Shown here one piece after another: positions 42,810 through 52,639 of a stretch of 64,000 nt of DNA. A model generated the notes under the pieces. It made no database searches, was not told the DNA's origin, and saw nothing but the letters and a program-made list of their open reading frames with translations. How positions within the stretch are numbered: the first letter of the stretch is position 1; every line of letters starts with the position of its first letter. This DNA is from Methanobacteriota archaeon (GTDB lineage Bacteria > Myxococcota > UBA727 > JABDBI01). The stretch spans positions 3,036-67,035 of the forward strand of contig JABDBI010000008.1 in the NCBI GenBank assembly GCA_013288705.1, given 5' to 3'. The position numbers and the translations under genes are program-made.

Positions 42810-43967
42810 CTAAATCGCCTGTTTAAAAATCGCCTCGAAATCACTCGAAGTCACTGTAATCGGGTTCGACAGATGGCATGTATCAATGGTGGCGTAATGC
42901 ACCAGATCTTTGAGATGCGACTGCTTTACACCCACTTCCCTAAGCAGCGTCGGTACTTGGCAGGCTGCTTGAAGATCGCGTAGCCAATCGATGACATCTT
43001 CTGCTTTGCCATGGCCAACATCGATCATTTTCGACACGCGTTTAAACTTCTCTTCAACGTGTGGTAGATTGAACGTCATGGCATGGGGCAACATGATGCC
43101 ATTGGCGAGGCCATGGTGAAGATCGCAAACCGTGGACAGGGCATGCGCGCAAGAATGCGTGACGCCAAGACCCTTTTGAAAAGCGATTGCACCCATCATG
43201 GCTGCATTCATCATCATGCCGCGTGCATGGAGATCGCGTGCCGACGCATCCACGCACTTGGGCAAATACCGTGCGACAATCGAGATCCCCTCGAGAGCAA
43301 TGCCTTCACAAATAGGATGAAAACCCTTGGCAATGAAACTCTCGAGGAGATGGCTTAAGGCATCCATGCCAGTTGCTGCAGTCACGTGCGCCGGCAATTC
43401 CAGTGTGAGCTCTGGATCCGCTAAGACAAGTTTGGGCAGCAAACACGGATCAAAAATAATTTTCTTCACCTTGGTTTGATCGTCAGAAATGACCGTGCTT
43501 CTTCCCACTTCGCTGCCCGTGCCAGACGTTGTTGGCAACGCCACCAAGTAGGGTATAGGTTGATCAAATGGCCTTGCGTCTGCTTTGCCATCTTCGTAGT
43601 CGAACAAATGGCCCGGGTGATGAGCGAGAAGCCCGATAGCTTTTGCCACATCCATCGCCGCGCCGCCGCCGATTGCAACGATTGCGTCAGCGTTGTGTGC
43701 GCGATAGGCTTGCACGCCTTGCGCAACTTGCGACAGTGTAGGGTTGCCATAGATGCCAGAAAATGCGGCAGGCGAAAGATGATCCCGCTGCAACACGTCT
43801 AGGAACGACGAGAATACTGGCAATTTGGCAAGCCCGGCATCTGTCACAACCAAGGGGCGCCTGACGTGATTTACGCGTAGTTGGTCAGGTAGGAGATTTC
43901 TTGCCTTGGCACCAAAATAAATCGCAGTGGGAAAACTGTAGCGAACAATGTGATTCACATCATGCAT
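42810..43967 (-). CDS. iron-containing (group III) alcohol dehydrogenase
   Basis: GGGAAMDVAK NAD-binding motif and metal-binding His-rich blocks (HSCAHALS, HHGLANGIMLPH). Confidence 0.85.
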   Translation of the reverse strand: MHDVNHIVRYSFPTAIYFGAKARNLLPDQLRVNHVRRPLVVTDAGLAKLPVFSSFLDVLQRDHLSPAAFSGIYGNPTLSQVAQGVQAYRAHNADAIVAIGGGAAMDVAKAIGLLAHHPGHLFDYEDGKADARPFDQPIPYLVALPTTSGTGSEVGRSTVISDDQTKVKKIIFDPCLLPKLVLADPELTLELPAHVTAATGMDALSHLLESFIAKGFHPICEGIALEGISIVARYLPKCVDASARDLHARGMMMNAAMMGAIAFQKGLGVTHSCAHALSTVCDLHHGLANGIMLPHAMTFNLPHVEEKFKRVSKMIDVGHGKAEDVIDWLRDLQAACQVPTLLREVGVKQSHLKDLVHYATIDTCHLSNPITVTSSDFEAIFKQAI

Positions 43968-43978
43968 CGGATTGGCCT

Positions 43979-45349
43979 CTAGATAATCTCGAAATAGCGT
44001 TGCATTTCAAACGACGTTACAGACTTTTGAAATTGCCTCCACTCCCACATTCTTGTGGCGGCAAAATGTTCAACGAATTGTTCGCCAAGAATTTCTCGAG
44101 CGATTGTCGATTTTTGCAAGAGCTCAGTCGCCTCAAGCAAATTGCGCGCAAGTTTTTTTCCTCGATTCTCGAGGTAAGCACTGCCTGTTACAGGCGCATC
44201 CGTGAGTGGAAGTTTATGTTCGATACCATATAGTCCGCTTGCAAGCGCGGCCGCAACCGTTAGGTAGGCGTTGATATCAGACCCCGGCACGCGTGTCTCC
44301 AATCTCGTGGAATGTGCGCTACCTGGAATCACCCGAAAAGCAACAGTTCGGTTATCCACTCCCCATGTGGTAGAGGTCGGTGCCCAGTAGCCCTCGACCA
44401 AGCGCTTGTAGCTGTTCACGTTGGGCGCAAAGAAGGGCAGTATTTCCGGCAAGAGAGCCATTTGCCCGGCTAAATAGTGCTTAAACGTCTGGCTCATCCG
44501 ACGTGGATCTTTTTCGTCGAAAAAGACATTTTTCTCGTGCTTCTCATCCCACAAACTCTGGTGCAAATGCCCGCTGCAGCCTGGCAAATTGCTGTTCCAC
44601 TTTGCCATAAAGCTTGGCATGATGCCAAAGCGGAGCCCTATTTCTTTAGCCGCCGATTTGAAAAGCACCGCACGATCAGCAGCCTCGAGCGCGTCCGAAT
44701 ACAAAATCGCGGCCTCCAAAACGCCCGGTCCAGTCTCGGTATGAAGCCCTTCGATGGGGACACGAAAATCTTGCATCTCTTCCATGAGTGCCGCAAAAAA
44801 AGGTTGATTGAGGGCTTGCCGCGTAATCGAATAGCCAAACATCCCCGGAGAAATAGGGGTCGGGTTCATATGGTTTTTATCGACAAACGATTGCGGTGTC
44901 TCTTCAAAATTAAACCATTCGAACTCAATGCCACAATTGGCAACAAATCCAGCATCTTTTGCACGCGCGATCACTGTTTTCAGTAATTGTCGCGGACAAA
45001 CGGGCAAGGGCTTTCCTGCATCATCCTCAAAGTCGGCAAGGAAAAATGGGATGTTGTCGTCCCATGGAATGTTGCGATGGGTTGCCAAGTCAATTCGCGC
45101 CTGCGCATCTGGATAGCCGTTGTGTCCGCCGGAAAATGTTGTGTTGTCGTAACAGACGTCGCCGGAATCCCAGCCAAAAATCACGCTGCAAAAGCCAAAA
45201 CCACCTCGCGCAGCATGGAGAAATTTATCTTTATGGATGTATTTTCCACGGAGCACTCCATCGATGTCTACGACCGCCACTTTCACTCTTGGGGAGTCCG
45301 AACGCACAATTTCATCGATGACGCCATCCATTGCAGCTCGATCTGGCAT
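43979..45349 (-). CDS. glutamine synthetase-like gamma-glutamyl-amine ligase (GS catalytic domain; PuuA/GlnA3/GlnA4-type)
   Basis: GS beta-grasp and catalytic-domain blocks (CGIEFEWFNF, PGVLEAAI, MPSFMAKW, HLHQSLWD). Adjacent to the Fe-ADH and ALDH genes on the same strand. Confidence 0.75.
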   Translation of the reverse strand: MPDRAAMDGVIDEIVRSDSPRVKVAVVDIDGVLRGKYIHKDKFLHAARGGFGFCSVIFGWDSGDVCYDNTTFSGGHNGYPDAQARIDLATHRNIPWDDNIPFFLADFEDDAGKPLPVCPRQLLKTVIARAKDAGFVANCGIEFEWFNFEETPQSFVDKNHMNPTPISPGMFGYSITRQALNQPFFAALMEEMQDFRVPIEGLHTETGPGVLEAAILYSDALEAADRAVLFKSAAKEIGLRFGIMPSFMAKWNSNLPGCSGHLHQSLWDEKHEKNVFFDEKDPRRMSQTFKHYLAGQMALLPEILPFFAPNVNSYKRLVEGYWAPTSTTWGVDNRTVAFRVIPGSAHSTRLETRVPGSDINAYLTVAAALASGLYGIEHKLPLTDAPVTGSAYLENRGKKLARNLLEATELLQKSTIAREILGEQFVEHFAATRMWEWRQFQKSVTSFEMQRYFEII

Positions 45350-45452
45350 TTCGTCTCCTTGGGAATGTTGTTAAATCTAATTGAACTAAAAGCATATGTG
45401 ATGCGTCAAATCAAGTCTAACCAAAGACGTCGTCAATAATTGAGGTGTCGTA

Positions 45453-47642
45453 ATGGGTGTGAAACAATTCTGGGTGCTGGTATTCTTCACTTTCGCCGGA
45501 TTGACGCACGAGGCTCATGCAGCTTCTCAGAGCACGACTTATCCGAGCAGGCCAGCTCATCTGCTGGTCAGGCACCGGCGACATGTGAGCGCTGAGCAAG
45601 TATCGGCATTGCATGCCGTTCTAGGTACAAAGGTCGTTCGTCGCTACCAATTGCCAGATGGCCTTGAGCTTGTTCGATTGCCAGCGGGGCTCGCGGCCGA
45701 AGACGCCGCTGCGCAATATATGAATGACCCGAGCGTTCTCTATGCGGAGCCAGATTATATCGTTCATGCTTTGGATACGCCAAGCACCGCGCAATTTTCC
45801 GATCAATGGGCGCTGCATAATACTGGCCAATCCGGCGGCAAAGTAGATGTCGATATCAACGCGCTGGGAATGTGGAATTTGACAACCGGAAGTTCTGACG
45901 TTGTAATTGGTATCGTCGATACAGGAATCTCTTACAACCACCCCGCGTTGGCTGCTAATGTCTGGGTAAATCCCTTGGAAATTGCCGGCAACGGGATTGA
46001 TGACGACAACGACGGCTATATCGACGATATACATGGGATCAATGCGATCAAGAAGAACGGTGACCCTATGGATGACAACGGCCATGGCACGCACGTGGCG
46101 GGCATCATCGGTGCACAAGGGAGCAACAGCGTCAGCGGGGTAAACAAAAAGGTATCGATGATCGCATGCAAGTTTCTCGATGCAGATGGATCAGGCAACG
46201 TCAGTGATGCAATTGCCTGCCTCAATTATTTCTTGGCTTTGGCAAAGCGACAAAAATCTCCGCTCAATATCGTCGCTACCAATAATTCATGGGGTGGTGG
46301 CCCTTACTCGCAAGCGCTCTACGACGCGATTCAAGCGCAGGAGCAGCAGGGAATTCTATTTATCACAGCTGCCGACAATGCCACTGCCAATAACGACGTG
46401 GTGGATACTTATCCTGCCAACTACAAGTTGCCCAATATCATTTCTGTGGGCGCAATTGATCGAAATGATCAACTCGCACCCTTCTCTGATTATGGAAAGC
46501 ACTCTGTGCACGTGACCGCCCCAGGTGTTGATATCTTGAGCACCTATCTGAACAATGGGTACGAACTTCTGAGTGGAACTTCCATGGCAACTCCCTATGT
46601 CACAGGCATTGCTGCGATGCTGAAATCCCACGATCCGACGCTTGATTGGAAGAGCATTAAGAATCTCATTGTTGCTGGCGGAGTTCCTTCTACGGGAGCC
46701 ACCAGCACCCTTTCGGGAAGGCGCGTTCGCGGCGCGGGCACAGATGGCACAGGTTCTCTCACGTGTCAAAACCAAGTTGTGACGTCGCGTCTTGCGCCAA
46801 CGGTGGATTCGATGAGCGTTGCGATCGGTTCTGCGGTTGGCTTATCGGAGCTTAGCATTAACTGTGCTCGACCGAATGGGCCAGTGAGCGTTTCGTTAGG
46901 TGCGGCCGGCGGATCTGTGCAACTCGTTGACGACGGCACAGGAATTTTTTCCAAGCAATGGGCTCCACAGACAGCAGGTCAGTACTCACTTAACTTTCCA
47001 GGCGCCGATGTTGTGAGTGTGCTTGCCTATGATCCGAGCAATTGGGGAACTTACCAATCGCAGAGCGCACCCTTCAATTATCGAACGATTACAGGCACAC
47101 CTGTTCATATTGGGGATGACACAGTCAACACGATCACTTCGGATTTCCCTGTCCATTTCGCTGGCGATACGCGTGGATTTACGAAGCTATACGTCGACAG
47201 CAATGGTGGCATCAGCATGACTGAAAACGTGATTTTGAGTGCCGACAATGTTGCGCTGCCATTCGATTCGTTTGCGACACTCATTGCACCCTACTGGGAA
47301 GATCTGATGGGTGCGGGTAGCCAAGATGTTTACTATCAAACTCTAGGCAGTGCGCCAAACAGAGAGCTTGTGATCGAGTGGCGAGATGTACCACAATATG
47401 GGAAGCAGGCGGGGTTTACGTTTCAGGTTGTGCTTTTTGAGGATAGCTCGGATATTCTCTTTAATTACAAAAATGTCACGAGCGGCGATAACGCGTTCGA
47501 TAAGGGTGTAGTCGCAACAATTGGCGTGCAAACAAGCGCGCACGCGGCGTCTATGTTTAGCTTTCACCAAGCATCAATTGCCAATAACACGGCGCTTCTT
47601 TTCACAACGGGAGGGAAGAGCAGCAGCAACGGTGCACATTGA
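45453..47642 (+). CDS. secreted subtilisin-like serine peptidase (S8) with N-terminal propeptide and about 300-aa C-terminal extension
   Basis: Signal peptide; I9-like pro-region; triad contexts GIVDTGISYNHP (Asp), HGTHVAGIIG (His), SGTSMATPYVTGIAAM (Ser). Confidence 0.85.
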   Translation: MGVKQFWVLVFFTFAGLTHEAHAASQSTTYPSRPAHLLVRHRRHVSAEQVSALHAVLGTKVVRRYQLPDGLELVRLPAGLAAEDAAAQYMNDPSVLYAEPDYIVHALDTPSTAQFSDQWALHNTGQSGGKVDVDINALGMWNLTTGSSDVVIGIVDTGISYNHPALAANVWVNPLEIAGNGIDDDNDGYIDDIHGINAIKKNGDPMDDNGHGTHVAGIIGAQGSNSVSGVNKKVSMIACKFLDADGSGNVSDAIACLNYFLALAKRQKSPLNIVATNNSWGGGPYSQALYDAIQAQEQQGILFITAADNATANNDVVDTYPANYKLPNIISVGAIDRNDQLAPFSDYGKHSVHVTAPGVDILSTYLNNGYELLSGTSMATPYVTGIAAMLKSHDPTLDWKSIKNLIVAGGVPSTGATSTLSGRRVRGAGTDGTGSLTCQNQVVTSRLAPTVDSMSVAIGSAVGLSELSINCARPNGPVSVSLGAAGGSVQLVDDGTGIFSKQWAPQTAGQYSLNFPGADVVSVLAYDPSNWGTYQSQSAPFNYRTITGTPVHIGDDTVNTITSDFPVHFAGDTRGFTKLYVDSNGGISMTENVILSADNVALPFDSFATLIAPYWEDLMGAGSQDVYYQTLGSAPNRELVIEWRDVPQYGKQAGFTFQVVLFEDSSDILFNYKNVTSGDNAFDKGVVATIGVQTSAHAASMFSFHQASIANNTALLFTTGGKSSSNGAH

Positions 47643-47668
47643 TACATGCTGCCGCCCTTCCCGGGCGC

Positions 47669-47923
47669 TTACCCGTGATTTGTTTCTTTTTGCTTCCAAA
47701 ACTTGAGAGCTTTCTCGAAGTTGCTTTCTTGTGCGGGCGCTTGGCTACTGGCAGTCGTCTGCGTGCCTGTGTGAGCTGAGCCGGTTTTGGCTTCCCAGAA
47801 ATCATGGAGTTCTGTAAAGGGCTCCGATCGCTCAGGGATCAAGGCCTCTGTCGCATTGTCTGAAGTCTGCTGGGCGGTTTGACTGGCGTTTTGGGCTTGG
47901 GGTTGGCTGATGATTGTGGGCAT
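47669..47923 (-). CDS. small hypothetical Gln/Thr/Ser-rich protein
   Basis: 84-aa ORF with a strong AGGAGG RBS 7 nt upstream; low-complexity N-terminus; no family recognised. Confidence 0.4.
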   Translation of the reverse strand: MPTIISQPQAQNASQTAQQTSDNATEALIPERSEPFTELHDFWEAKTGSAHTGTQTTASSQAPAQESNFEKALKFWKQKETNHG

Positions 47924-48012
47924 GGTGTTCCTCCTGTGTTTGGTTCTAGAAGGTAGGACATTATTTTGGCTAAGAATTGGCCATATCTGCCGAGATGGTT
48001 ATAATTAGTAGC

Positions 48013-48723
48013 ATGCCGAGTCGTATCTCATCTGGTGGAATGTCGAGCACAATCAACCCGTTTGGGCCACAGTGGCCGAAGGCTACCGAAGGGGCCAAGG
48101 AGGCCAGGCCGGTAGGGGACCAGGTAGAGGAGGCGCTGTTTGGCAAGCGCAAGCCACCTGTACTAGACGAAGATGACTTTCCAGAAGTCACAGAGATTTT
48201 GGCTCTGCTTGATAAGTACCGAAAGAAATTTGCTGTGATGGTGGGAGATCAAGAGAAAGACTATCGGCTCCAACTTGCCGACGGTACCTTAGCGATGATC
48301 GACGGCCACGGAACGATATTTATTGGTGTGCGGTTTTTGCTTAAATTTCAGAAAAACCCGAGTGTGCTCATTGGTGCCCTCGCACATGAGGTTGGCCACA
48401 GGCCACACCGATGGGCAGAGTACAAGACCAAGAAAGATCTGAACCGTGAAGAGATCAATGAACTTTGTCGATTTGAAGAGACGCGCGCAGATCTGTTCGC
48501 GGGGCGCGCGATGGCTGAGGTGAACATTAGCCCAGAGCCAATGATCCAATTTCTCGAGGAGATCGAGGAAGGTCCACATCCCGACTATTTTCCGGCAAAG
48601 ATGCGTGCCGACGTCATTCGCGAAGGTTATAACGAACAAAAATCAAAGGTCAATAATCGCAAAAAGATGTGGCCTGAGCTGGACAGGGCGACCGCAGCGC
48701 GTTTGCATCTCGGCGACTTCTAG
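48013..48723 (+). CDS. putative zinc metallopeptidase with ImmA/IrrE-like motif (HEVGH...E..RADLFAGRAM)
   Basis: HExxH followed about 25 aa later by E-x2-R-A-D-x-F-A-x-R-A-M, resembling the COG2856/DUF955 signature. No adjacent HTH partner seen. Confidence 0.45.
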   Translation: MPSRISSGGMSSTINPFGPQWPKATEGAKEARPVGDQVEEALFGKRKPPVLDEDDFPEVTEILALLDKYRKKFAVMVGDQEKDYRLQLADGTLAMIDGHGTIFIGVRFLLKFQKNPSVLIGALAHEVGHRPHRWAEYKTKKDLNREEINELCRFEETRADLFAGRAMAEVNISPEPMIQFLEEIEEGPHPDYFPAKMRADVIREGYNEQKSKVNNRKKMWPELDRATAARLHLGDF

Positions 48724-48728
48724 TGTTT

Positions 48729-50090
48729 TTACATCAGCCATTTTGCTATTTTCATCCCCATCGCGCGAAACGGCGGGTAGCGTAGTGGGATATCTACATA
48801 TGTGCTGCCCATCACCACAGCTTTTTGATGGCTAAACGTATTAAACCCAAAGTGCCCATGGTAAGCACCCATGCCGCTTGCCCCAATGCCACCAAATGGT
48901 AAATCGGGAACGACGGTATGCACCAACACATCGTTGATGCACAGCCCACCCGAGCTGGTGTTTAACTGCACCGTTTTTTGCAGTTCGGGGTCTTTGGAAA
49001 ACAAATACAGCGCCAATGGTTTGTCGCGCTTATTCACAAATTGAATGGCCTCTTCCATATGCGCGACGGTCACCACCGGCAAAATCGGACCAAAAATCTC
49101 CTCTTGCATCACCGGTGACTCCGGATCTACATCCGACAAAATCGTCGGCGCGACATACTTTTCTTTGACATCTACTTCCCCACCACAGCTGATCACCTGC
49201 CCCTCGAGCAGAGCAGCGAGCCGATTCACATGCGCCTCACTCACAATGCGACCATAGTCTTTGCTGGTCTTGGGCGTATCGCCATAAAAAACTGAGATGT
49301 ACTTCTGCATTGCCTCGATCAGTGGCTTCTTAATAGATTCATGTGCAAGCACATAGTCGGGCGCGATGCATGTCTGCCCGGCATTCATAAATCTTCCCCA
49401 GACAATGCGCTTGGCCGCAATTTCGAGTTCAACTTTTCTATCGACAATAGCGGGGCTCTTGCCGCCAAGTTCAAGGGTCACTGGCGTTAAATATTTGGCC
49501 GCTTTCTCAAGCACGATTCTGCCTACGCGTTGGCCGCCGGTGTAAAAAATGTGGTCAAATTTCTCTTCGAGAAGCGCTGCGGATTCTTTTGCGCCGCCTT
49601 CCACCACGCAAACGCAGCTTTGGTCGAGATATTTTGGTACCAGCGTGGCGATGATCTTCGACGCATGAGGCGCCAACTCAGATGGCTTGAGCAAAACACA
49701 ATTACCCGCCGCGAGAGCCGGTATCAACGGTCCCAGCACAAGCTGTAAGGGATAATTCCATGCGCCCAGAATGAGCACGACACCAAGTGGCTCGGGCTGT
49801 ATAAAACTCTTGGCCGGCGCATTGACAATCGGCGTGCATACGCGACGTGCTTTCATCCAGCGCGACAAGTTCTTTCGTGCGTGCTCGATTTCCGCGCGGA
49901 TAGTCGCGATATCAGCCACATAGGCTTCAAACGCTGGCCGACCGAGATCTTGCGCCAGAGCTTGAATGAGTGCGTCCTCATTTTCTTTAAATAACCGATC
50001 GAGGGCATCGAGCTGGCCGTCTCGCCATTCTTCTGTTTTGGTGGTTCCAAGAAAAAACGAATGTCGGAGTTTTTCAATCACGTCGATCAT
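48729..50090 (-). CDS. aldehyde dehydrogenase, class 3-like (fatty/aromatic aldehyde DH)
   Basis: ALDH3-type length (453 aa) and motifs LELGGKSP and CIAPDYVL (catalytic Cys). Confidence 0.8.
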   Translation of the reverse strand: MIDVIEKLRHSFFLGTTKTEEWRDGQLDALDRLFKENEDALIQALAQDLGRPAFEAYVADIATIRAEIEHARKNLSRWMKARRVCTPIVNAPAKSFIQPEPLGVVLILGAWNYPLQLVLGPLIPALAAGNCVLLKPSELAPHASKIIATLVPKYLDQSCVCVVEGGAKESAALLEEKFDHIFYTGGQRVGRIVLEKAAKYLTPVTLELGGKSPAIVDRKVELEIAAKRIVWGRFMNAGQTCIAPDYVLAHESIKKPLIEAMQKYISVFYGDTPKTSKDYGRIVSEAHVNRLAALLEGQVISCGGEVDVKEKYVAPTILSDVDPESPVMQEEIFGPILPVVTVAHMEEAIQFVNKRDKPLALYLFSKDPELQKTVQLNTSSGGLCINDVLVHTVVPDLPFGGIGASGMGAYHGHFGFNTFSHQKAVVMGSTYVDIPLRYPPFRAMGMKIAKWLM

Positions 50091-50156
50091 GCGAAACTTT
50101 TAGCACCCGTCGTCGATAAATCAACAGATTCCAACCGCAAATCGACGAGGGTAGCC

Positions 50157-50510
50157 ATGGTAGACCGAATCATAAAACTGACCGTTGCGATGGTACTTTC
50201 TCTGTTTGCTGTTTCCGCAAGCGCCCAAGGCCAAGTTGGATCACCCTGCACCACCGATGCAAACTGCGAAGCTGGATCTGTCTGCACGCCGGAGAGCGAC
50301 GAAAATGGCGCGACGGGGTTTGTTGGTGGCTACTGCATGAAATTTGACTGCACGTTTGAACAAACGATGTGTGGCGAAGGTGGCACTTGTGTAATTGATA
50401 ACTCCATGAACGTGAGCATGTGTTTGGCATCATGCCGCATAGACACGGACTGCCGTGCAGGCTATCGCTGTCAGGGCGGCACGGTGTGTTTGCCGGGGAA
50501 TCGATCGTAG
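50157..50510 (+). CDS. small secreted disulfide-rich protein (12 Cys in about 95 mature residues)
   Basis: Signal peptide MVDRIIKLTVAMVLSLFAVSASAQG, then regularly spaced Cys (C-x5-C-x6-C ...). ATG at 50157; the long upstream extension is unlikely. Confidence 0.45.
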   Translation: MVDRIIKLTVAMVLSLFAVSASAQGQVGSPCTTDANCEAGSVCTPESDENGATGFVGGYCMKFDCTFEQTMCGEGGTCVIDNSMNVSMCLASCRIDTDCRAGYRCQGGTVCLPGNRS

Positions 50511-50517
50511 GTAAAAA

Positions 50518-51096
50518 ATGGCATGGACCCGCGAACAAATGGCCGCGCGCGCAGCGCAAGACATTCACGATGGTGAGATCGTCAACCTAGGCATCGGTAT
50601 CCCAACGCTTGTCGCCAATTACCTCGATGGACGCGACGTCGTTATCCACTCCGAAAATGGTTTGCTCGGCATGGGTCCCTTTCCTTTCGAAGGTGAAGAG
50701 GATCCACAAATCGTCAATGCCGGTAAGCAAACCGTTACCATTTTACCTGGCGGCAGTACCTTTGACTCAACACTAAGCTTTGCCATGGTGCGTGGTGGGC
50801 ATGTCGATGTCGCTATTTTGGGCGGCATGCAGGTTTCGGCGCATGGTGACTTGGCTAACTGGGCAGTGCCGGGGGAAAAAGTCACCGGCATGGGTGGGGC
50901 GATGGATTTGGCGAGTGGTGCCAAACGGGTGATTTGTTTGATGATGCACCACGATAAAAATGGCAAGTCAAAATTGGTCCCGGAGTGTACCTTGCCACTC
51001 ACCGGACTTCGCTGTGTGAACCGCGTGATTACTGATCTCGGCGTGTTTGATATCGCGGAAGATGGCGGTTTTACGCCTGTTGAGATGGCGGCGTAG
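50518..51096 (+). CDS. 3-oxoacid CoA-transferase subunit B-like, orphan and C-terminally truncated (possible pseudogene)
   Basis: MAWTREQMAARAAQDIHDGEIVNLGIGIPTLVANYL...SENGLLGMGPFP is canonical ScoB/AtoA. No A-subunit gene nearby. The ORF ends right where the ATPase insertion begins, and a degenerate copy of its last about 60 nt lies at about 52640..52716. Confidence 0.7.
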   Translation: MAWTREQMAARAAQDIHDGEIVNLGIGIPTLVANYLDGRDVVIHSENGLLGMGPFPFEGEEDPQIVNAGKQTVTILPGGSTFDSTLSFAMVRGGHVDVAILGGMQVSAHGDLANWAVPGEKVTGMGGAMDLASGAKRVICLMMHHDKNGKSKLVPECTLPLTGLRCVNRVITDLGVFDIAEDGGFTPVEMAA

Positions 51097-51098
51097 CG

Positions 51099-52520
51099 TT
51101 ACAGCAGTGCATCCATGACGCTCGCAGCGTCGATCAAGCACACGTGATCGGGTAACTTCATTTTTGGCGGCGAGGGAACAAATAGACCGTAAAGGATCTG
51201 TGCGTTTGGATTGCGATGTATAGGTGGAATGCCTTTAGCGATCAGGCCATTCAAAACGTGTTGAATCGTGGCAGGCTGAACATTTTTGGGAAGAAATTTA
51301 GCCTCGGCGAGCAAGAGCGTTTTGCCATCAAGAGATTCTGCCACAATATCCCATTCGGGCCCTTTTCCGTGCCAAAATCTTCCGGCGGGGCCAAAGTCTA
51401 TGCCACCAAGGCTCGCGCTGAGCGAAGGCACTGCGCTGCGGCATAGTTCTTCCCATGCGCGTCCACACAGCCCTGGAAACCGCTCTTCAAACCATTTTTT
51501 TCGTGGGCCTAGCGGCGACTGTGACAATGTCGACCTTTGTGGGCCTACAGTTTCAAACCAAAATCGCAGAAAAGGATCTTTGATTTTATACAGAGCGCGC
51601 TTGGTTGCATGCTCGGACATATCAAAGGGCACTTCCCGTTCGACCAAGTCAAGTTCCATCAGCTTTGCGAGTGGGCGTGCGAGCGAGGTTGCTGGCAACC
51701 TGAGCCTACTCGCAATTTCGGAAGGCCTACTTGCACCAAGTCCGATAGCGTCGAGAATTGGCCTTACGCTGATGGCCGACGGCGTTTCTTCAAGTAAAAG
51801 CCGGTGCGGCTCCTCATGTAGCGGTCCCATGGCATCCAGCACCAAATTATCTGCTGCGCCGAATAGATCTTGGCCAAAGTCTTCAGCAAGTTCCCAATAC
51901 CGTGGAATTCCCCCCCAAAGTGTATAAGCTTCTACGGCTTTTTGCGCCGTTGACAGCGAGAGAGCAGACTGAATATGGCCTGCCGGTATGGGTGAAAGCT
52001 TGATGAGTTCTTTAGCACGTCCATATAGTGGCGCCGAAGAGTCGAGCACTGCCCCTTGCATCATGCGTTGGCTGGATCCGCAAATAGCAATGATGAGTTT
52101 CGCCGTGGAAGCATCATGATCAATGAAACGCTGCAGAACGCTCGCAAACTCTGGCGAGGTTTCAATCAGATAAGGCAACTCATCAATCACAATGGGCCCG
52201 CGAAAGTTCGCCTGCTTTGCTTGCTTGGCAAGATGCGAAAAAAACACAGTCCAGTGCGGATATTCAACTTGACCAAATCCTGGCAGGCGGGCCTCAAGGG
52301 CTTTTGCAAAGTTGCGTATTTGCAGTGCCATCGCCGATTCATCGGCCACCCAGTAAACGCCATGATGGCGGCGAACCCATTCAAGCAAAAGTCGGGTTTT
52401 ACCGACGCGGCGTCTGCCCCAAATAACGACCAAGCCACCGGATGTTGCTTTCGCAACCCGGTCCAGGCGAGTCAATTCGCGTTCCCGACCAATAAACCTC
52501 ATTATCTTATTATGCACCAA
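51099..52520 (-). CDS. AAA+ ATPase of the Arch_ATPase/ATPase_2 + DUF234 family, copy 1
   Basis: FIGRERELTRLD...VVIWGRRRVGKTRLL (Walker A), IVIDELPYL (Walker B), DUF234-like C-terminal half. Real start is probably the internal ATG (MRFIGRE, about 52502), because the TTG start overlaps an upstream palindrome. Confidence 0.7.
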   Translation of the reverse strand: MVHNKIMRFIGRERELTRLDRVAKATSGGLVVIWGRRRVGKTRLLLEWVRRHHGVYWVADESAMALQIRNFAKALEARLPGFGQVEYPHWTVFFSHLAKQAKQANFRGPIVIDELPYLIETSPEFASVLQRFIDHDASTAKLIIAICGSSQRMMQGAVLDSSAPLYGRAKELIKLSPIPAGHIQSALSLSTAQKAVEAYTLWGGIPRYWELAEDFGQDLFGAADNLVLDAMGPLHEEPHRLLLEETPSAISVRPILDAIGLGASRPSEIASRLRLPATSLARPLAKLMELDLVEREVPFDMSEHATKRALYKIKDPFLRFWFETVGPQRSTLSQSPLGPRKKWFEERFPGLCGRAWEELCRSAVPSLSASLGGIDFGPAGRFWHGKGPEWDIVAESLDGKTLLLAEAKFLPKNVQPATIQHVLNGLIAKGIPPIHRNPNAQILYGLFVPSPPKMKLPDHVCLIDAASVMDALL

Positions 52521-52561
52521 AACATAATGTTTTCAAGCATAATGTTTCTTTGCATAATAAG
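52506..52561. promoter_or_regulatory. palindromic operator-like site upstream of ATPase copy 1 (CTTATTATGCA-N34-TGCATAATAAG with internal CATAATGTTT direct repeats)
   Basis: 11-bp perfect inverted arms seen directly. Coordinates approximate (about +/-1). Confidence 0.5.
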
Positions 52562-52639
52562 TGCCAGACCCAAAAATTCGCATCCTGTTACGTGATTCAG
52601 CACGTCAAACTGGCCAACTACGCCCGAAGGATCTCTCTA

